64,000 nucleotides of DNA from the NCBI RefSeq assembly GCF_001194135.2, contig NC_068981.1, positions 146,753,102 through 146,817,101 on the forward strand, in the 5' to 3' direction. Positions 14,035 through 28,318 of the stretch are shown one piece after another. How positions within the stretch are numbered: position 1 is the first letter of the stretch; every line of letters begins with the position of its first letter. The position numbers and the translations under genes are program-made. This DNA is from Octopus bimaculoides (taxonomy: Eukaryota). A model generated the notes under the pieces. It saw only the letters and a program-made list of their open reading frames with translations, was not told the DNA's origin and searched no databases.

Positions 14035-17000
14035 CATTTCTAAATCTCTCAGGGAGATTTATACAGTAGCAGCATGATAAAGTGATGATATGTTGTCAAC
14101 TTAGTGTGACAGTCCCATGAAAGGGAAGAATGCTACTGCTATTTAGCCCTAGGAAACACCGTTTCCTGTTGGCCTTGACACATTTCCTGTGTCCTTATGT
14201 TTTCAAAGGGGAGATAAGCACCTCTACCCAGCAAAGCCAGCATCCAGAGACTNNNNNNNNNNNNNNNNNNNNNNNNNNNNNNNNNNNNNNNNNNNNNNNN
14301 NNNNNNNNNNNNNNNNNNNNNNNNNNNNNNNNNNNNNNNNNNNNNNNNNNNNNNNNNNNNNNNNNNNNNNNNNNNNNNNNNNNNNNNNNNNNNNNNNNNN
14401 NNNNNNNNNNNNNNNNNNNNNNNNNNNNNNNNNNNNNNNNNNNNNNNNNNNNNNNNNNNNNNNNNNNNNNNNNNNNNNAAAAGTGATTATATGTTGAAAA
14501 TACAAACAAAAATGTATTTGAAATATTGTTTACAATAAAAAGTAAAATATAATTAGAAAAATATAACATTAAACAAAATAATAAGAAATTTAGGAAAAAT
14601 TTAAAGCAAAATAAGTCAAGCTTTTAGGACACATTGTTAGTTAGTTAGTTAGAGAGGAAAGCCAAAATTATAAAGTTGTAAAACTGGTGAAACAGGTTAA
14701 AGAAAGTAATGTATAAAGAGTAATAAAACAAAGGGCTTGAAAAGTTGTTTATGCAACAACTGAATATCATAACTTGCTCAGACAACAATTGGAAAATATA
14801 AATAAGCAGTGTAGTACTGGTGGTCAGAAGGGAGACAAGCCCTTCTAGATTAAGTTAAGCTGAGGCAGATTTGTAAGTTTGAAATTTAAATCAAAGAGTA
14901 AAAAGATGATATACAAAATATACACATTTAATATTTCCTTTTCCTTTATATTATAAATTTCTTGTTGTTGGTAGCCTTCAATAGTGCCATTTCATTCTTC
15001 TTTGGAATCATCAGCACAGTATAACTCAAGGCAGATAAATTACACTAAATCAAGCATTTTATGAAATTAGACAATCCTCATTGAGAGAAAATAGCTTACA
15101 GTTTAAAAGGCATTGATGGGATATATATTTTTTCTTTTTGCCTCATCATAGATTACTAATTGTTCAATAATAGGGTGAGAAGTTCAAGAATTATAAGATG
15201 TGTATCTTTTACCCAGCTAATATTCAACAATGGCAACACACCTAGGATCGGTCAGCACTGATTTAGTAGACTTGTGTTCAAAGGTGTTTCAGCAGAGACC
15301 CTCATCTTACATTTTATGCATAGCATACACAGGACTACAATATGCCTTATGTTCTTCCTTTTTGAAGATGGTTTGGCTGTGATATGATGTAGGTTTGACT
15401 GGTATATCTAGCAGATCAAGTGACTACAATAGAGGCTACCTCATTCACTTGATAATATCAATAGTTGCTAGAAATGTAAGACACATACATTCTAGTTAGT
15501 TTATACCCAAGAGGTAAACTGGCAGAGTTGTTGTAGCATTGGATAGAATTCCTTGTAATATTGGTTCTGACTCTCTGCCATTTGAGTTCAAATTCCACTG
15601 AGATGAACACTGCCTTCCATCCTTCCAGAGTCAATAAATAAAGCATCAGTTAAACGTTGTGGTTGATTCTTTGTCCTCTCTGTCTCTCAGAATCAGCCTC
15701 AAGCAAGTGAAAGAGTGATAGCACTCTAGTTTATTATGCACCAAAAACATGCTTCTATCAAAGTAGATATTTGTGAGTTTGAGGAAGTGGGTACCAACAA
15801 GTCAAGCAAAGGTCCTCAACTTCTTTCTTAAGTACTCACAAAAAATAATGCTTTCTAAATTAACAATTCTAAAAATTTGTAGTGAATGAATATAGTCAAC
15901 TGGACAGATACCTTAACACATTGCATCTATGACACCTGTAATTAAACGGTTTGTAATTAACCTGTTCAGGATGTATTCCTTGGTTACCAAAAAATGAATC
16001 CATTTCCCCATATAGCAAAAGTAGCAAACTCTATGTTAAAAATGAGTCAAACTAAAAATAGATTAGTCAATCAGAATGAAGACAGGTCATCAGTGCAGAG
16101 TTAGACTTCACAAATGTTTGCTTGCAGGTAGCACTTTTGATGTGTTGTTTTGAGTATTTTTTATTAACTTTTCAACCATAAAGCACATCACACCCAACAC
16201 TCCCAGGTAGAAAAGACAAAGGCATAGATTGCTTACAACAGATGTGGCACTGCCAATTTTAGAAGATTCTGATGGAAAACAATAGGAATTCTATTAAATA
16301 CACCAAAAGGATGAACTGGAGTCAACTGAAGATGAAAGATTTCACGTGGAAAGTGATAATGATGTGTTTCAGATGGAGATGATTTCAACCAGCTAATGGT
16401 AATGGTGATGTAATATTGGCTTCAAATTTTGGATGCCATTTAAGTGGTCATTTTTCTTATATGATGGAGAGGTGTTGCAAAATTTGACTTGTGCATATTA
16501 ATTTCCATCATGTCCTTTATATTGTATCAAAATTTCCTGCATTTATTTGTATATTTAAGGAAGTTATAAAAAATTGAAACCTATCAACCATCAGTGACTT
16601 TGGGGACACCCTGTAGTTCTAGATTCAAGCTCATTGCATGGCACCTTGATTAAAAGCAATGCTTTGAGAGTGAAATTTGATAGGCATTCAAAGGATGCTG
16701 TGTGTATGTGTGTGGTGTATGTGTATATATATATATATATTAGAATTCCATCTGTTACAGCAACAAGGGTTACAGTTGATCTGACCAAAAATTAATGTGC
16801 AAGAAGCCAAGCACTCCACAGACATGAGTACCCTTCATCTAGTACTCAGGGAGATTCAGTATAACACAGAATGTGACAAAGCTGACCCTTTTGAATTACA
16901 GGTACAACACATTTTTGCCAGCTGAGTGGACTGAAGCAATGTGAAACAAAGTGTCTTGTTCAAGGACACTATGTGCTGACAGGTATTGCACTCATGACCT

Positions 17001-18339
17001 TACAATTAGGAGCAGAGTACCCTAATCAGTGAGTCACACGCTAGTGTAAAATGAAGCAACCAGTTACATCCTTTATGTCAGAAGGTAACTTAGCCATTCA
17101 GTAAGTAGAAATCAATAAAAAATGTCTCTTACTGAAGTACTGGGTTGATATAACTGAATAAAACCTTCAACATAACTGAAATCAATGACGGAAGCTGAAA
17201 GCAGATGGGTTGTTGGAAATGCTATAATCAAAATGGAGATATCAACCTTCCTTCTAATAGAAATCTTTCAAATAAACCAGCACATTCTTGTTACCAACAC
17301 ATAAAAGTAATATGAGTAGATAATAGATAAAGTTATGTATTTCTATTAGAGAAAGGAGAAGAAATGTGTAGCTTATACATTGTTGCTCAACCTGCTGGAA
17401 ATGGCAGCCAAATCTCTACCAAATCCCACCCTATATTTAATATAAACATGAAATTATGGAAAACAATGGGACCATTTGTCATATGAGAACAAAACTGTTT
17501 TAAAAGTTGTTTTGCAAGAATTTTGATTTGAAACCATGTACTCAAACCAATGTTCTTCTCATATTTGGGAATAGCCATAACTAATTAAGCCTACAAAATC
17601 ACACTCACTGGTTGTTGCTTGTCTATATTTCACTTCGTTTTTTCCAAAACAGTTGATGTCTGTTTATGTCTTCAAAAATACTGTTTTAAATATTGTTAGT
17701 AAGTCAATGAAAGTGATATGGCTATTGTATCAAGAGACAGTGTGTACAATGAGAGAATTTTTATGTGGCTATGTGTTACACAACCTGACAAGAATAACAG
17801 TCAAATCTCCCTCAAATCACATCCTATTGTTTTAAAAATGGAAATTGTATATTAGATTTGGCAGTTATATAATAGCCCTAAAAAGACAAGGCGATCACAA
17901 ATGGAATGTCTTTGATAACAGGCCTGCTGTATCAGGGCAAACCTTGGAACATGTTCAATAACTGTTGCAACTCCTTCATGTGTTCAGGATTATTAGAATG
18001 AGGGATGCCTAACTTGAGCAGGACCAATTTGATTCGTTAGGAATTGAATAATTATTTTAATTGTTATTAGCAATATAATGACAAACCATTTATGGAGAAT
18101 TGTTATAATTTTTTAATTTTAATGTCTTTAATAAAGAAAACCAGCACACCCAGAACATGTCAGTAACTTATAATACAAATAAGATAGGAAATCGTAACAA
18201 ATTGTGTGAAAATCTCAAATCAAACAGAAAATCTTTATGTATCAAACTCTACAGTATACTCCTTATGACTTTTACCAGTTCCAAAAATCATTCTTTTGCC
18301 AAACTTCTAATTCATGATTGTCAAAACATTGACAAGGTC

Positions 18340-18560
18340 AAACTTGTTACCATAACAAACTTATTACAGGAATTCTTACAAAAGGAATTTTTAATTAAGC
18401 ACAGACCACTACACCTAGAACTCGTTGACCTGGAGCAAGCCTTTGACAGGGTTGCACTCTGTAATGTGGGAGTCACTGAGAAAACTGGGTATAGATGAAT
18501 GGCTTGTGAGAGCATTACAAGCCATGTGCAGGGGTGTTGTCAGCTGGTAAGAATAACAAA
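18340..18560 (+). mobile_element. RTE-like LINE RT fragment
   Basis: LQEFLQKEFLIKHRPLHLELVDLEQAFDRV, followed by a degenerate KLG.DEWLVRA-like segment. Confidence 0.75.
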
Positions 18561-20717
18561 ACTGCATTGAGAGATTTAAAATCCTAGCATGAGATAATTG
18601 TCATGATATCATCATTTCTTTAATAATATTGATAACAAAGAAATATCTCATGAAAATCAAATTATGTATAAAATTATGATTACTCTTAAAATTTTAGTTT
18701 AAGATGATTGTTACAATATCATATTTCTTAAGAAATATTAATAATAATAATAATTCTAAAATTGGCTCAACAGCACTAATTTTGAGACCTATCAAAGTAC
18801 TTATTTTATTTATCCTGAAAGTAACATAGGCTACAGTGGAATTTGCGCTCTGAATGGAAGGAGCAAGAAGCACTGCAAGGTTCTCAATCTGTCACAAGCA
18901 ATTTTGCTCTCAACAGCCTTGGTAATAATAATAATGATTTCAAACACAGACTCCAAATTTAAGTAGGAAGTATATAGTTAATTACAATCAACTTTGTACA
19001 TGACTAGTATTTTATTTTATTGATTCTCAGAAGGATGAAAAGCTAAGTTGATCAAGACATGATCTGAATTCAGAACTATTTTGCCACAAGGCCAGCAATA
19101 TTAAGAGAGGAGTTAAATTGATTATATCAACCCTTGTGTTCAACTGGTACTTATTTTATTGACCCCAGAAGGATGAAAGGCAAAGTCAAGCTCAGTGGCA
19201 TTTGAACATAAAAATGGACGAAATGCTGCTAAGCATTTTGCCCAGCATGGTAACAATTCTGCCAGCTCACTGCCTTAAGTCTACTAATAACAATAATAAA
19301 AATAATTGTAATGGTAAGTGATTGTATCAAACATGCAGATTAAAAACAAAATAATTAAAGTCAATAATAACAATGACAACAATAACAATTTCTGATTTAG
19401 GTACAAGGCTAGCAATTTTGAAGGAAGAAAGGTTAGTTGATAAAATCAACTCCAGTACTTAACTGGTAATCTATTTTATCACCCACCAGAAGGATGAATG
19501 GAAGGAATCAAATCCAGAACATATAGAGCTGGAGGAAATACCATAAAGTATTTTGTCCTATACTCTAATAGTTCTGCAAAAGCAACATCAACAACAATAG
19601 TAACAAAATGGTTAATTATTTCTAAGGAAAACAGTTGCTAGCTATGATGTTAATGGTGTAAAATGGGTAAAAGTAATACATTAAATGGATTTTTGCATAT
19701 CATAAAGACTAAAAGGCATCCCAATATTTAGTGAACAGTCATTATTAAAATGCAATGTAAATTATAGTGAAGTCATATAATATGATTTAAGTTATTTTTT
19801 TCCAAATTAGTAAGGTGCTTTGCTAGACAATGTTGCAATTAATATGTTTAAAGGAATTAGCCAGAAATTTTTAAAAAAATTATAAATTATAAATTTTAAT
19901 CTTGAGTCCCTGCAAAATTTAACATATCACTAAAGTTAATTTCCTAAGTCAATGTCCTACCTGTTAGATAAAATTTGCTAATGTCTATTGACAAAAATTA
20001 TAGCGTAAAATGTATTATTTGGGGAAATTTTAACAAAGGACCATAGCCCAAATTTTTACTCCCAAACAACAACAACCCACACATATTGACACTTCTGGAT
20101 TTATAAATACCATATACTGAATCAGATTTAGAATCTTTTAAGCCAAGTCAGATATCCTTTTATTTTTATCTATTATTTGTTTGCTGATTTTGCCATACTA
20201 ATGAAACAATGAAAGTAGGAGGTAATATAACAACAAACAGACAGAGTGAGTTGTGGTAGGATAATTAGAATGAAAAGGAGTTGAAGGATGAGGTGTTTAT
20301 TGTACTGGTTGGAGTAGCAAACAACAGAGAGAAAGTATGAGTGAGGGTGAGTTGGAGTAAAGGATATTACACTGCCCAGTGAGGCAGGTTAAAAAACAGG
20401 AAAGGAACAGACAGGACAAGAGTTAATAAGGAATCATATTTCAAAACAACCAACCAAATGTAAAAAATGGACATGCCATTTAGGTGTCATATAGAATTCA
20501 GTTAACTAACTGACAAGTTGCTTGCCTTGAAATTACAGACTGAAGATTACAAAGGTGAAGGAAAACATATGAAATTATGCATCTTAATAAAGAATGTGGT
20601 TATTAAGAAACTATCACATTAAATATTTTTATGTTTAAATCTTTGTAGCATAAATTTTTCTATACTCAGATAATGGTTCCTATACCTGAAAATTAACAAA
20701 CGAATTTNNNNNNNNNN

Positions 20718-20785
<68 letters not shown>

Positions 20786-20939
20786 GTAGCCACATACTGT
20801 AATGCAATGTACTTTTAATGTACAAGTTTGGGTCAGAAGCCTGATAACAAATTCTTCCTAAAAAAATTTGATGAAGATATGGCAACTCTGAAATATACAT
20901 TTTTGATGAATATTAAGGTAGTTATCATATACTGAACAG

Positions 20940-21243
20940 CAAAGATTTAAGAGAGAAATGAAGCTAACATGATTTTCTGGATGTACAACAATAATTTGTT
21001 TAAAAAGCAGAGTACAAGTGCATCAGAAAAATTAGCTGAAGTAAACAAGAAAGGACTATGCAAGCACAGACATATATTGTGAATGGACAAGGATTACTGG
21101 GGGAAATGCATTGTGTTAATAGAGCAGAAGACCAAAGAAATGGTGAAAACAGATCTCAGACTTTGTGCCATGCGGCACAGAGTCCAATAAGCCAAGCCAA
21201 CATGGAAATAAAGGCATTAAAATGAGATGAATGATGATAATGC
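20940..21243 (+). mobile_element. RTE-like LINE 3' end with a (GAT)n-type tail
   Basis: Degenerate RT C-terminal coding sequence followed by ccaacatggaaataaaggcattaaaatgagatgaatgatgat, resembling the tail of the SINE family below. Confidence 0.5.
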
Positions 21244-21653
21244 TTGTATTTTTTACTTTTTCCTTTGACTTTTAAATTTATTTACCTACACTAAGTTTTT
21301 GGACTAGACCAACCTAAATATCAGATTCATGCTATATCCTTGACTTTGTATTAAAGATTTAAAAAAAAAACGGAATAAACCACTACTTCTAATAACATGA
21401 CTTTAAAGATTAAAAAAAAAAATATTGTTATGAATCTGAACCATGAATTCTATGTTATTGATTATTTACTGACTTGGTATGAGTATTTCATAATTTTCAA
21501 GAATTTTACACACTAATTATATCAATAAATAAACTTCTCTTACAATGTAAATAATCACATCACTTACATTTACGTGCCTGTTTTGCAAGATTCCTGATGT
21601 GGAACCATGTGTTGAAACTGACATTACTTGGAGATGGTTATTTATTATTTATC

Positions 21654-21817
21654 TTTTTGCCAAATAACCACATGCACTATATACTGGGTCTTCACTTCAG
21701 CCTTATTATTATTCTTGTTTTAGTGTCCTTTCTCCAGACAAAGGACACTAAAATAAGAATAGTAATAATAAAGCTGAAGAGAACAAGTATATAGTGTGTG
21801 AGATTATTTGGCAAAAA
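21654..21817. repeat. Long hairpin (arms about 78 bp, 8-nt loop)
   Basis: tttttgccaaataa..cactatatact..cttcagccttattattattcttgttttagtgtccttt pairs with aaaggacactaaaataagaatagtaataataaagctgaag..agtatatagtg..ttatttggcaaaaa. Confidence 0.9.
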
Positions 21818-22409
21818 AAAAAAAAAAACATCCTGAAATATAATAATAATCATTTCACTATTTTTGATCTGTGGTTAACTCTTTAGCATTTAAACCAGCC
21901 ATAACTGACCCAAATATTCTATGTGATTTATGCCAAAACTGGCCTGATCTAACCTCTCACACTTCCCCTAAAATGTCATTCTAAAAATCTACAATTATAT
22001 CAGTGAAGTCTTGAAGCTACAAGATAATGCATAATTAATTCAAAACAATGTGAATAGATAAGCATTACACATGTCCAAGTAATCTGAATGCTAAAAGGAT
22101 TAAACTAACTGTTACAGCAACTCCAAAGATTGCCCTTTTATTACCTTCTGTTCAAAACTATGAAGGATATCATTTTTGCCCCCAAGGAATTACAATGATG
22201 TATCAAAGTTTATTACCAAGATTTCTTTGAGAGTAATAATTCTTATTCAAGATCAAATAGTTTCAAATTTTTACTACAGTTAATGACTGGCAGGTTTACT
22301 ATCGGGATGACAAGGAGTCTTTATAAAATGAATTTGGTTTAAAAAAATTAAAACAAAAATTTCAATTAAAAAAATGTAATAAATAATAAACACCTAATAT
22401 ATCAGATAC

Positions 22410-22656
22410 CTGGATCCGCATCGTACTGACTTGCATTTCACAAAAGAGGCGGATACATTTATAAAATGAGGATAAAACACTGCTTCCAATCAGATGAAGC
22501 ATAGGTTTATAAATATAAAGATAGTAAGGCAGTAGAACATGTTCCTGTTGAGAACTGCTAGCAATCACAATAAATAACATCATCTGTGGCAAGTTCCAAC
22601 AAGATGCATGCAAAGCACTCATTACTTTGCATAACCAGACTTTATGTAGTTCATGC
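22410..22656 (-). CDS. ABCC4: ABCC4-like variable exon 8c, HELHKVWLCKVMSALHASCWNLPQMMLFIVIASSSQQEHVLLPYYLYIYKPMLHLIGSSVLSSFYKCIRLFCEMQVSTMRIQ
   Basis: 247 bp, tcacag acceptor, gtatct donor, phase 2-0, no stops. Shares xELH start, P43 and SxxRIQ end with the other copies; 22/82 aa identical to 8a. Confidence 0.88.
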
Positions 22657-22743
22657 CTGTGAACAATAATAAAATATATATATATATATATATATAAAAA
22701 TTATTAAGGTGGCTATTCGCAACTTACAACCAAAGGGCAACAA

Positions 22744-22810
<67 letters not shown>

Positions 22811-23028
22811 AATATATACATATATAAATTATTAAGGTGCTTATTTGCAATTTACAACAGAAAGCAACAAGTGTATGTATGTATATCTATCTATCTATCT
22901 ATCTATTTATCTATTATCATCATCATCATCATCGTTTAACGTCCGCTTTCCATGCTAGCATGGGTTGGACGATTTGACTGAGGACTGGTGCAACCGGATG
23001 GCTACACTAGGCTCCAAATCTATATATA

Positions 23029-23062
<34 letters not shown>

Positions 23063-23394
23063 TTGTATGCATGTACATATGTCATCCTATGTGATAAAAT
23101 GCAAAGTGTGTCCCTATCGGTCATGCTGTAGACAAAGAAAAGTAAAACGGATGGCAGTGAGAGATGCTAAAGCATGTGGACAACATTTAAAGGCTTTACT
23201 CCGAAGATGCTAAGGCGAGAAGAGTAAAACAACAAATAGAGTGACAGTGAGTGACAGTGAGAGGCAGCTGACTGCAGGCAAACTGTAGTAAGCTCTGAAG
23301 TCACCAGTATTTTAATGAAAATGAAATTTAATTTTTATCATAATTTATATTTATCAATTTCACATACACACACTCCACAGTAGCATATATATGT

Positions 23395-23425
<31 letters not shown>

Positions 23426-24325
23426 NNNNNNNNNNNNNNNNNNNNNNNNNNNNNNNNNNNNNNNNNNNNNNNNNNNNNNNNNNNNNNNNNNNNNNNNNNN
23501 NNNNNNNNNNNNNNNNNNNNNNNNNGGATTAATCAATATGCAGATAATACAAAAATAACCTAATGAGAATATCTGACAGTAAACTCATGGTATCAGTTTG
23601 CACATCACGAAATAATGCTTAAAGGATATAAGCAAAATTACCAGTTGGGTATATAATATATTTAATTATATCATACTTTAGTTAATACTTATATTTATTG
23701 AATATGAAGGAACTACACGTCTTCAGGTTCTATTTCAAAATATTATATATCTAATTTTACACCCCTTTAAAAATAAGCAATACTATTAAGCATTAAAGAT
23801 TAAAAATTACGAATTAAAAATTAAGAATAAAAATTATACTTTGTAATATTAAGAATTAAAATTTATAAATTATACATTATAAATATGAATTAGTGTATAT
23901 ATCAATCATGTAAAATCAAGTATACATCAAATACAGAATGTGAGATATAAGATTAAACATCAGAATAAAAAATGTCTGTGTTTATTTGTGATATATAACA
24001 TGAAAAATTCAAATACATATCTTCCTTTTTTTGCTGGTACTAAAATAGTGATTTGAGGAAGAAGATAGCAGCAAACTATGGGTGATTAGTGCCAAGTGGG
24101 GTAATTACACTATACATAGTTTTAATTTAAATTATCCTCTATTATTATTTTCAAATTTACCTATATTGGGAGGTATGTCTAATTTGTTATTATATAATTT
24201 TAGTAAAATTTAATTCATATATTTATTTTATTTAAATTATTGCATTATTTATTTTTTATTTATATAGTTTAATCAAGTGCTTTAGAAATAAAATTATGTG
24301 GTTGTTTGATTCGGGGGTTGGGGGT

Positions 24326-24870
24326 TCAGTACTTCATTTTACTAAATGTAAAATTACTTCGGTGCTTACATTTAACTCCTCCTTTATCATGTGTGCTTAG
24401 TAATTCATCTCTAGACTGTAGTAGTTTCATAAATTCAGTTATGCATAATAAACACATTTTATTCCCAATATTATAGGAGTGGGCTCTACCTATAATACTC
24501 CAATTAAGGATCTACTCTCTTTTTCTAGATTTTAATTCCCATATATATTTACTTAAGCCTTTAGACTTACTTAAATTGGGATTTTTAAAGGTCTGGTACT
24601 ATTGGGATATTCTTTTTTTAATTTCATTAGCTGTTGATCCAATATAAGCCTTATTTATAATTTTATTATTATTGTTCTTAGAGTTAACTATACATTTATA
24701 AATTACATTATCTATATTACAATTATTAGAGAGCTTACATTTAGTCTTATCATGACATGAACATTTTTCTATGGGTCGATTAAGTTTTCTATCACTATTG
24801 GTTATATTATGGCTAGAGCTATTATTTATTATGCTATAATTATTTAATTTCTTATTATTTATAGAGGGAA
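24326..24870 (-). mobile_element. Penelope-like element, GIY-YIG endonuclease remnant
   Basis: CSCHDKTKCKLSNNCNIDNVIYKC..AYIGSTANEIKKRI..LSKYIWELK..WSII.RA..Y..G..C.LC..E..CKHR, with internal stops. Confidence 0.85.
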
Positions 24871-24892
24871 TGATATAGCCTACATTTCTCGA

Positions 24893-24934
<42 letters not shown>

Positions 24935-25632
24935 TCACACAACCACACACATACATATACATACACACATAAATATACATATATACGTATGAATATGTAC
25001 ATATGCACTCACACACACACATGCACACACAAATGCACACACAAACACATACATATATACATACAAGGCACAAGTGCAGCTGTGTGGTTAATAAGTGCTT
25101 TCCAATCACATGGTTTGGGTTTAGTGGCACCCCGGGCTTTTATGGAGCTCCAAGGTAGTGAGAGCCTTGTGAATGGATTTGTTAAACAGAAACCGAAAAT
25201 GGGGGGGTGTTTGTGTTTGTGTGTGTGCTGACATCCCTGTCATATACATGTCTTGACATCACATCACAGTTGTAAATGAATGTCACCGTCATACAAGCTG
25301 CGTCATTCCTTTGCAATATTCTGCAAAAATATGGTCATAGGGAAATAATATCTTGTTCAGAAGTAGGTGAGAACCAGTGGCAGGAAGGACATCTGGTCAT
25401 ACAAAATCTGCCTCAATAAAACTGTTTGACCCATGCATGTATGGAAAAGTAGATGTTATAAGGATGATATATTATATATTTCTTTATTGCCTACAGGGGA
25501 CTTAAACACAAATTGAACAAACAAGGACAGACAAAGGGATTATATATATATATATACACACATACATATATATATATATATATCATCATCATCGTTTAAC
25601 ATCCATTTTACAAGCTGGCATGGTTTTGACGG

Positions 25633-25692
<60 letters not shown>

Positions 25693-26500
25693 CAACGGGC
25701 CCAGATGGACTCCCAGCTGTTCTCTTGTTCTCTTAAAGACATGTAAAAAGGCTCTTGCAAAGCCACTGCAGACACTCTTTCAGAGTTTCCTTGCCTGTGG
25801 TAAACTTCCCAACATGTTAAAAGTGGGTATAATATGCCCTGTCCATAAAGGAGGGAGCAGAGCAGATACTAAAAACCACAGGCCCATCTCTCTGACCTCA
25901 CATGTTAGCAAGACAATGAAACGCATTGTCAGAAAAAGGATGATCACATTCGTAGAAGAAAACAACCTTCTTACAAACACGCAACATGGCTTCTGTCTAG
26001 GAAGGAGCTGCCTCACACAGTTGCTGCAACACTTTGACTAGTTACTGAAGCAACAGCTAAATCAGTCAGCTGTAGATGTGATATACCTCGACTTCGCCAA
26101 TATATATCACAAGCTGCAAAACCTTGGTATTACTGGGAAACTGGGAGAGTGGCTGAATGATTTTCTGAAGAGCAGGAAGCAGACAGATGTAGCCAATGGT
26201 GCTCACTCTGAAGAGAGAACACTTCTCAACAGAGTCCCACAGGGAACTGTACTGGAGCCCCTACTATTTGTAGTGGCCCTCTCAGACATGTCCTCCATGG
26301 TACAGTCAGCCAACCTGACCAGTTACGCTGACAACACAAAACTATCGCAGGCAGTTAGGAACCAAGAGGACATCATAAAACTGCAGAAAGACCTAAAAGA
26401 AATCTACAAATGGGATAAAATAACATGTAGTTCAATGCTATGAAATTTCAGGCACTCCACTATTGGTCCAACACCAGGCTAAAATCAAAATGCACTGGAC
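25693..26500 (+). mobile_element. CR1-like LINE reverse transcriptase fragment
   Basis: ATGPDG, PVHKGGSR..NHRPISLTS, QHGF..GRSCLTQL, IYLDFA, VPQGTVLEPLLF, YADNTK; disrupted by stops and deletions. Confidence 0.92.
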
Positions 26501-28071
26501 CAGAAGTCTCTCTCTTGTTGCTCACACGTGACCATCGTCCATCTTTCTCTTCCTTACATGATCATCTTTCTTTTCTTTCAGGGCTATCCTAAGGACAGCA
26601 CATATCCTATCTCTCTCTTCTATCTTTTCTCTTGTCAAAGAAAATATTTCTCCGGTGTTCACTATTTTATCCTCGTTCTGGTCTAACGACCCTCCATGTT
26701 TGTTTTCATTCAGCTTCCTTGTATGTCTCCACTGTCTTGTTTTTGTTCCCAACTTTGACCTTCCATAAATCCCAAATTTTATTTTGGTACTTATGGGAGC
26801 AACTGTCCTCGAAGACTCATAATGTCATTCAATGCTCAAAATGAGGAGTAGATAGACAGCCGACACCTGATGAAGGATTGTTCTTTATGTTACTTGTCCT
26901 GTTTTCCATTTGCTTTTCTCGTTGTTTGTGTATTGAACTCATTCGTTTTTATATTTCATGTTGTTTACTGTTTGTGACGTCCTGTACCCATATATGCATG
27001 TGTGTGTGTATATATANNNNNNNNNNNNNNNNNNNNNNNNNNNNNNNNNNNNNNNNNNNNNNNNNNNNNNNNNNNNNNNNNNNNNNNNNNNNNNNNNNNN
27101 NNNNNNNNNNNNNNNNNNNNNNNNNNNNNNNNNNNNNNNNNNNNNNNNNNNNNNNNNNNNNNNNNNNNNNNNNNNNNNNNNNNNNNNNNNNNNNNNNNNN
27201 NNNNNNNNNNNNNNNNNNNNNNNNNNNNNNNNNNNNNNNNNNNNNNNNNNNNNNNNNNNNNNNNNNNNNNNNNNNNNNNNNNNNNNNNNNNNNNNNNNNN
27301 NNNNNNNNNNNNNNNNNNNNNNNNNNNNNNNNNNNNNNNNNNNNNNNNNNNNNNNNNNNNNNNNNNNNNNNNNNNNNNNNNNNNNNNNNNATATATATAT
27401 ATATATATATATACATATGACCAGCTTCTTTCAGTTTCCCTCTACCAAATCCACTCACAAGGCTTTGGTCGTCCCAAGGCTATAGTAGAAGACACTTGTC
27501 CAAGGTGCCACATAGTGGGACTAAACCTGGGACCATGTGGTTGGAAAGCAAGCTTCTTACCACACAGCTACACCTACACACACACAAACACACACACATA
27601 CATGTACATATAAATATATATGTAAGTATATATGCAACAGGATTCTTTTCAGTTTCCACCAACCAAATTCACTTGCAAGGAGTTACAAATATGGGCAATA
27701 AGATTGAACCTGAAACCAAATGATCGCAAAGCAATACTCTTAACCATATAACCATACTTGTACCTATGCAATCATGCCTGTACCTACTACAGCCATGTGT
27801 GCAGCTGTAAAAATATTTGTTTCGTTTATATGTAAAACAGACAAAAGTAAAACAAGTAAGCAATCTTAGGAGAATGAATGCTCAGTGAGGACAAAAGAAG
27901 GAATAGATAAACAAGTACTTTAAGCAAGATAGTAAATAAATTATAGACATCAAGATTAGTAAGAAATTCAAGTCAGTAAATCAAAGCAAAAGCGTATATA
28001 AATAAGTAACTATTGACATTTCATACATATCCAGTTTTCATTAAAATATGAAATGAGTCTTCAATTTTTAC

Positions 28072-28318
28072 CTGGATTCTTTTAACACTTGATTTGGCCT
28101 CACTGAAATCTCTAATAGCAATAAATATAAAAACAAGCATATTTTCTGCAAGCAAGCGTATCAGAGGTATGAAAGTGAAAAGAGGTTCAGGCAATAGCCT
28201 ATTTCCAACCATATGTATTATCAGAATTGTCATATAAACAATAAAGTAATGAGCATCCATAGAGCATACATGGGTGGAACTCAAATATTTGGTCAGTTTA
28301 ACATGATGAAGCTCATGT
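28072..28318 (-). CDS. ABCC4: ABCC4-like variable exon 8b, HELHHVKLTKYLSSTHVCSMDAHYFIVYMTILIIHMVGNRLLPEPLFTFIPLIRLLAENMLVFIFIAIRDFSEAKSSVKRIQ
   Basis: 247 bp, tttcag acceptor, gtaaaa donor, phase 2-0. 52/82 aa identical to 8a by manual count; flanking introns are also similar to those of 8a. Confidence 0.92.
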
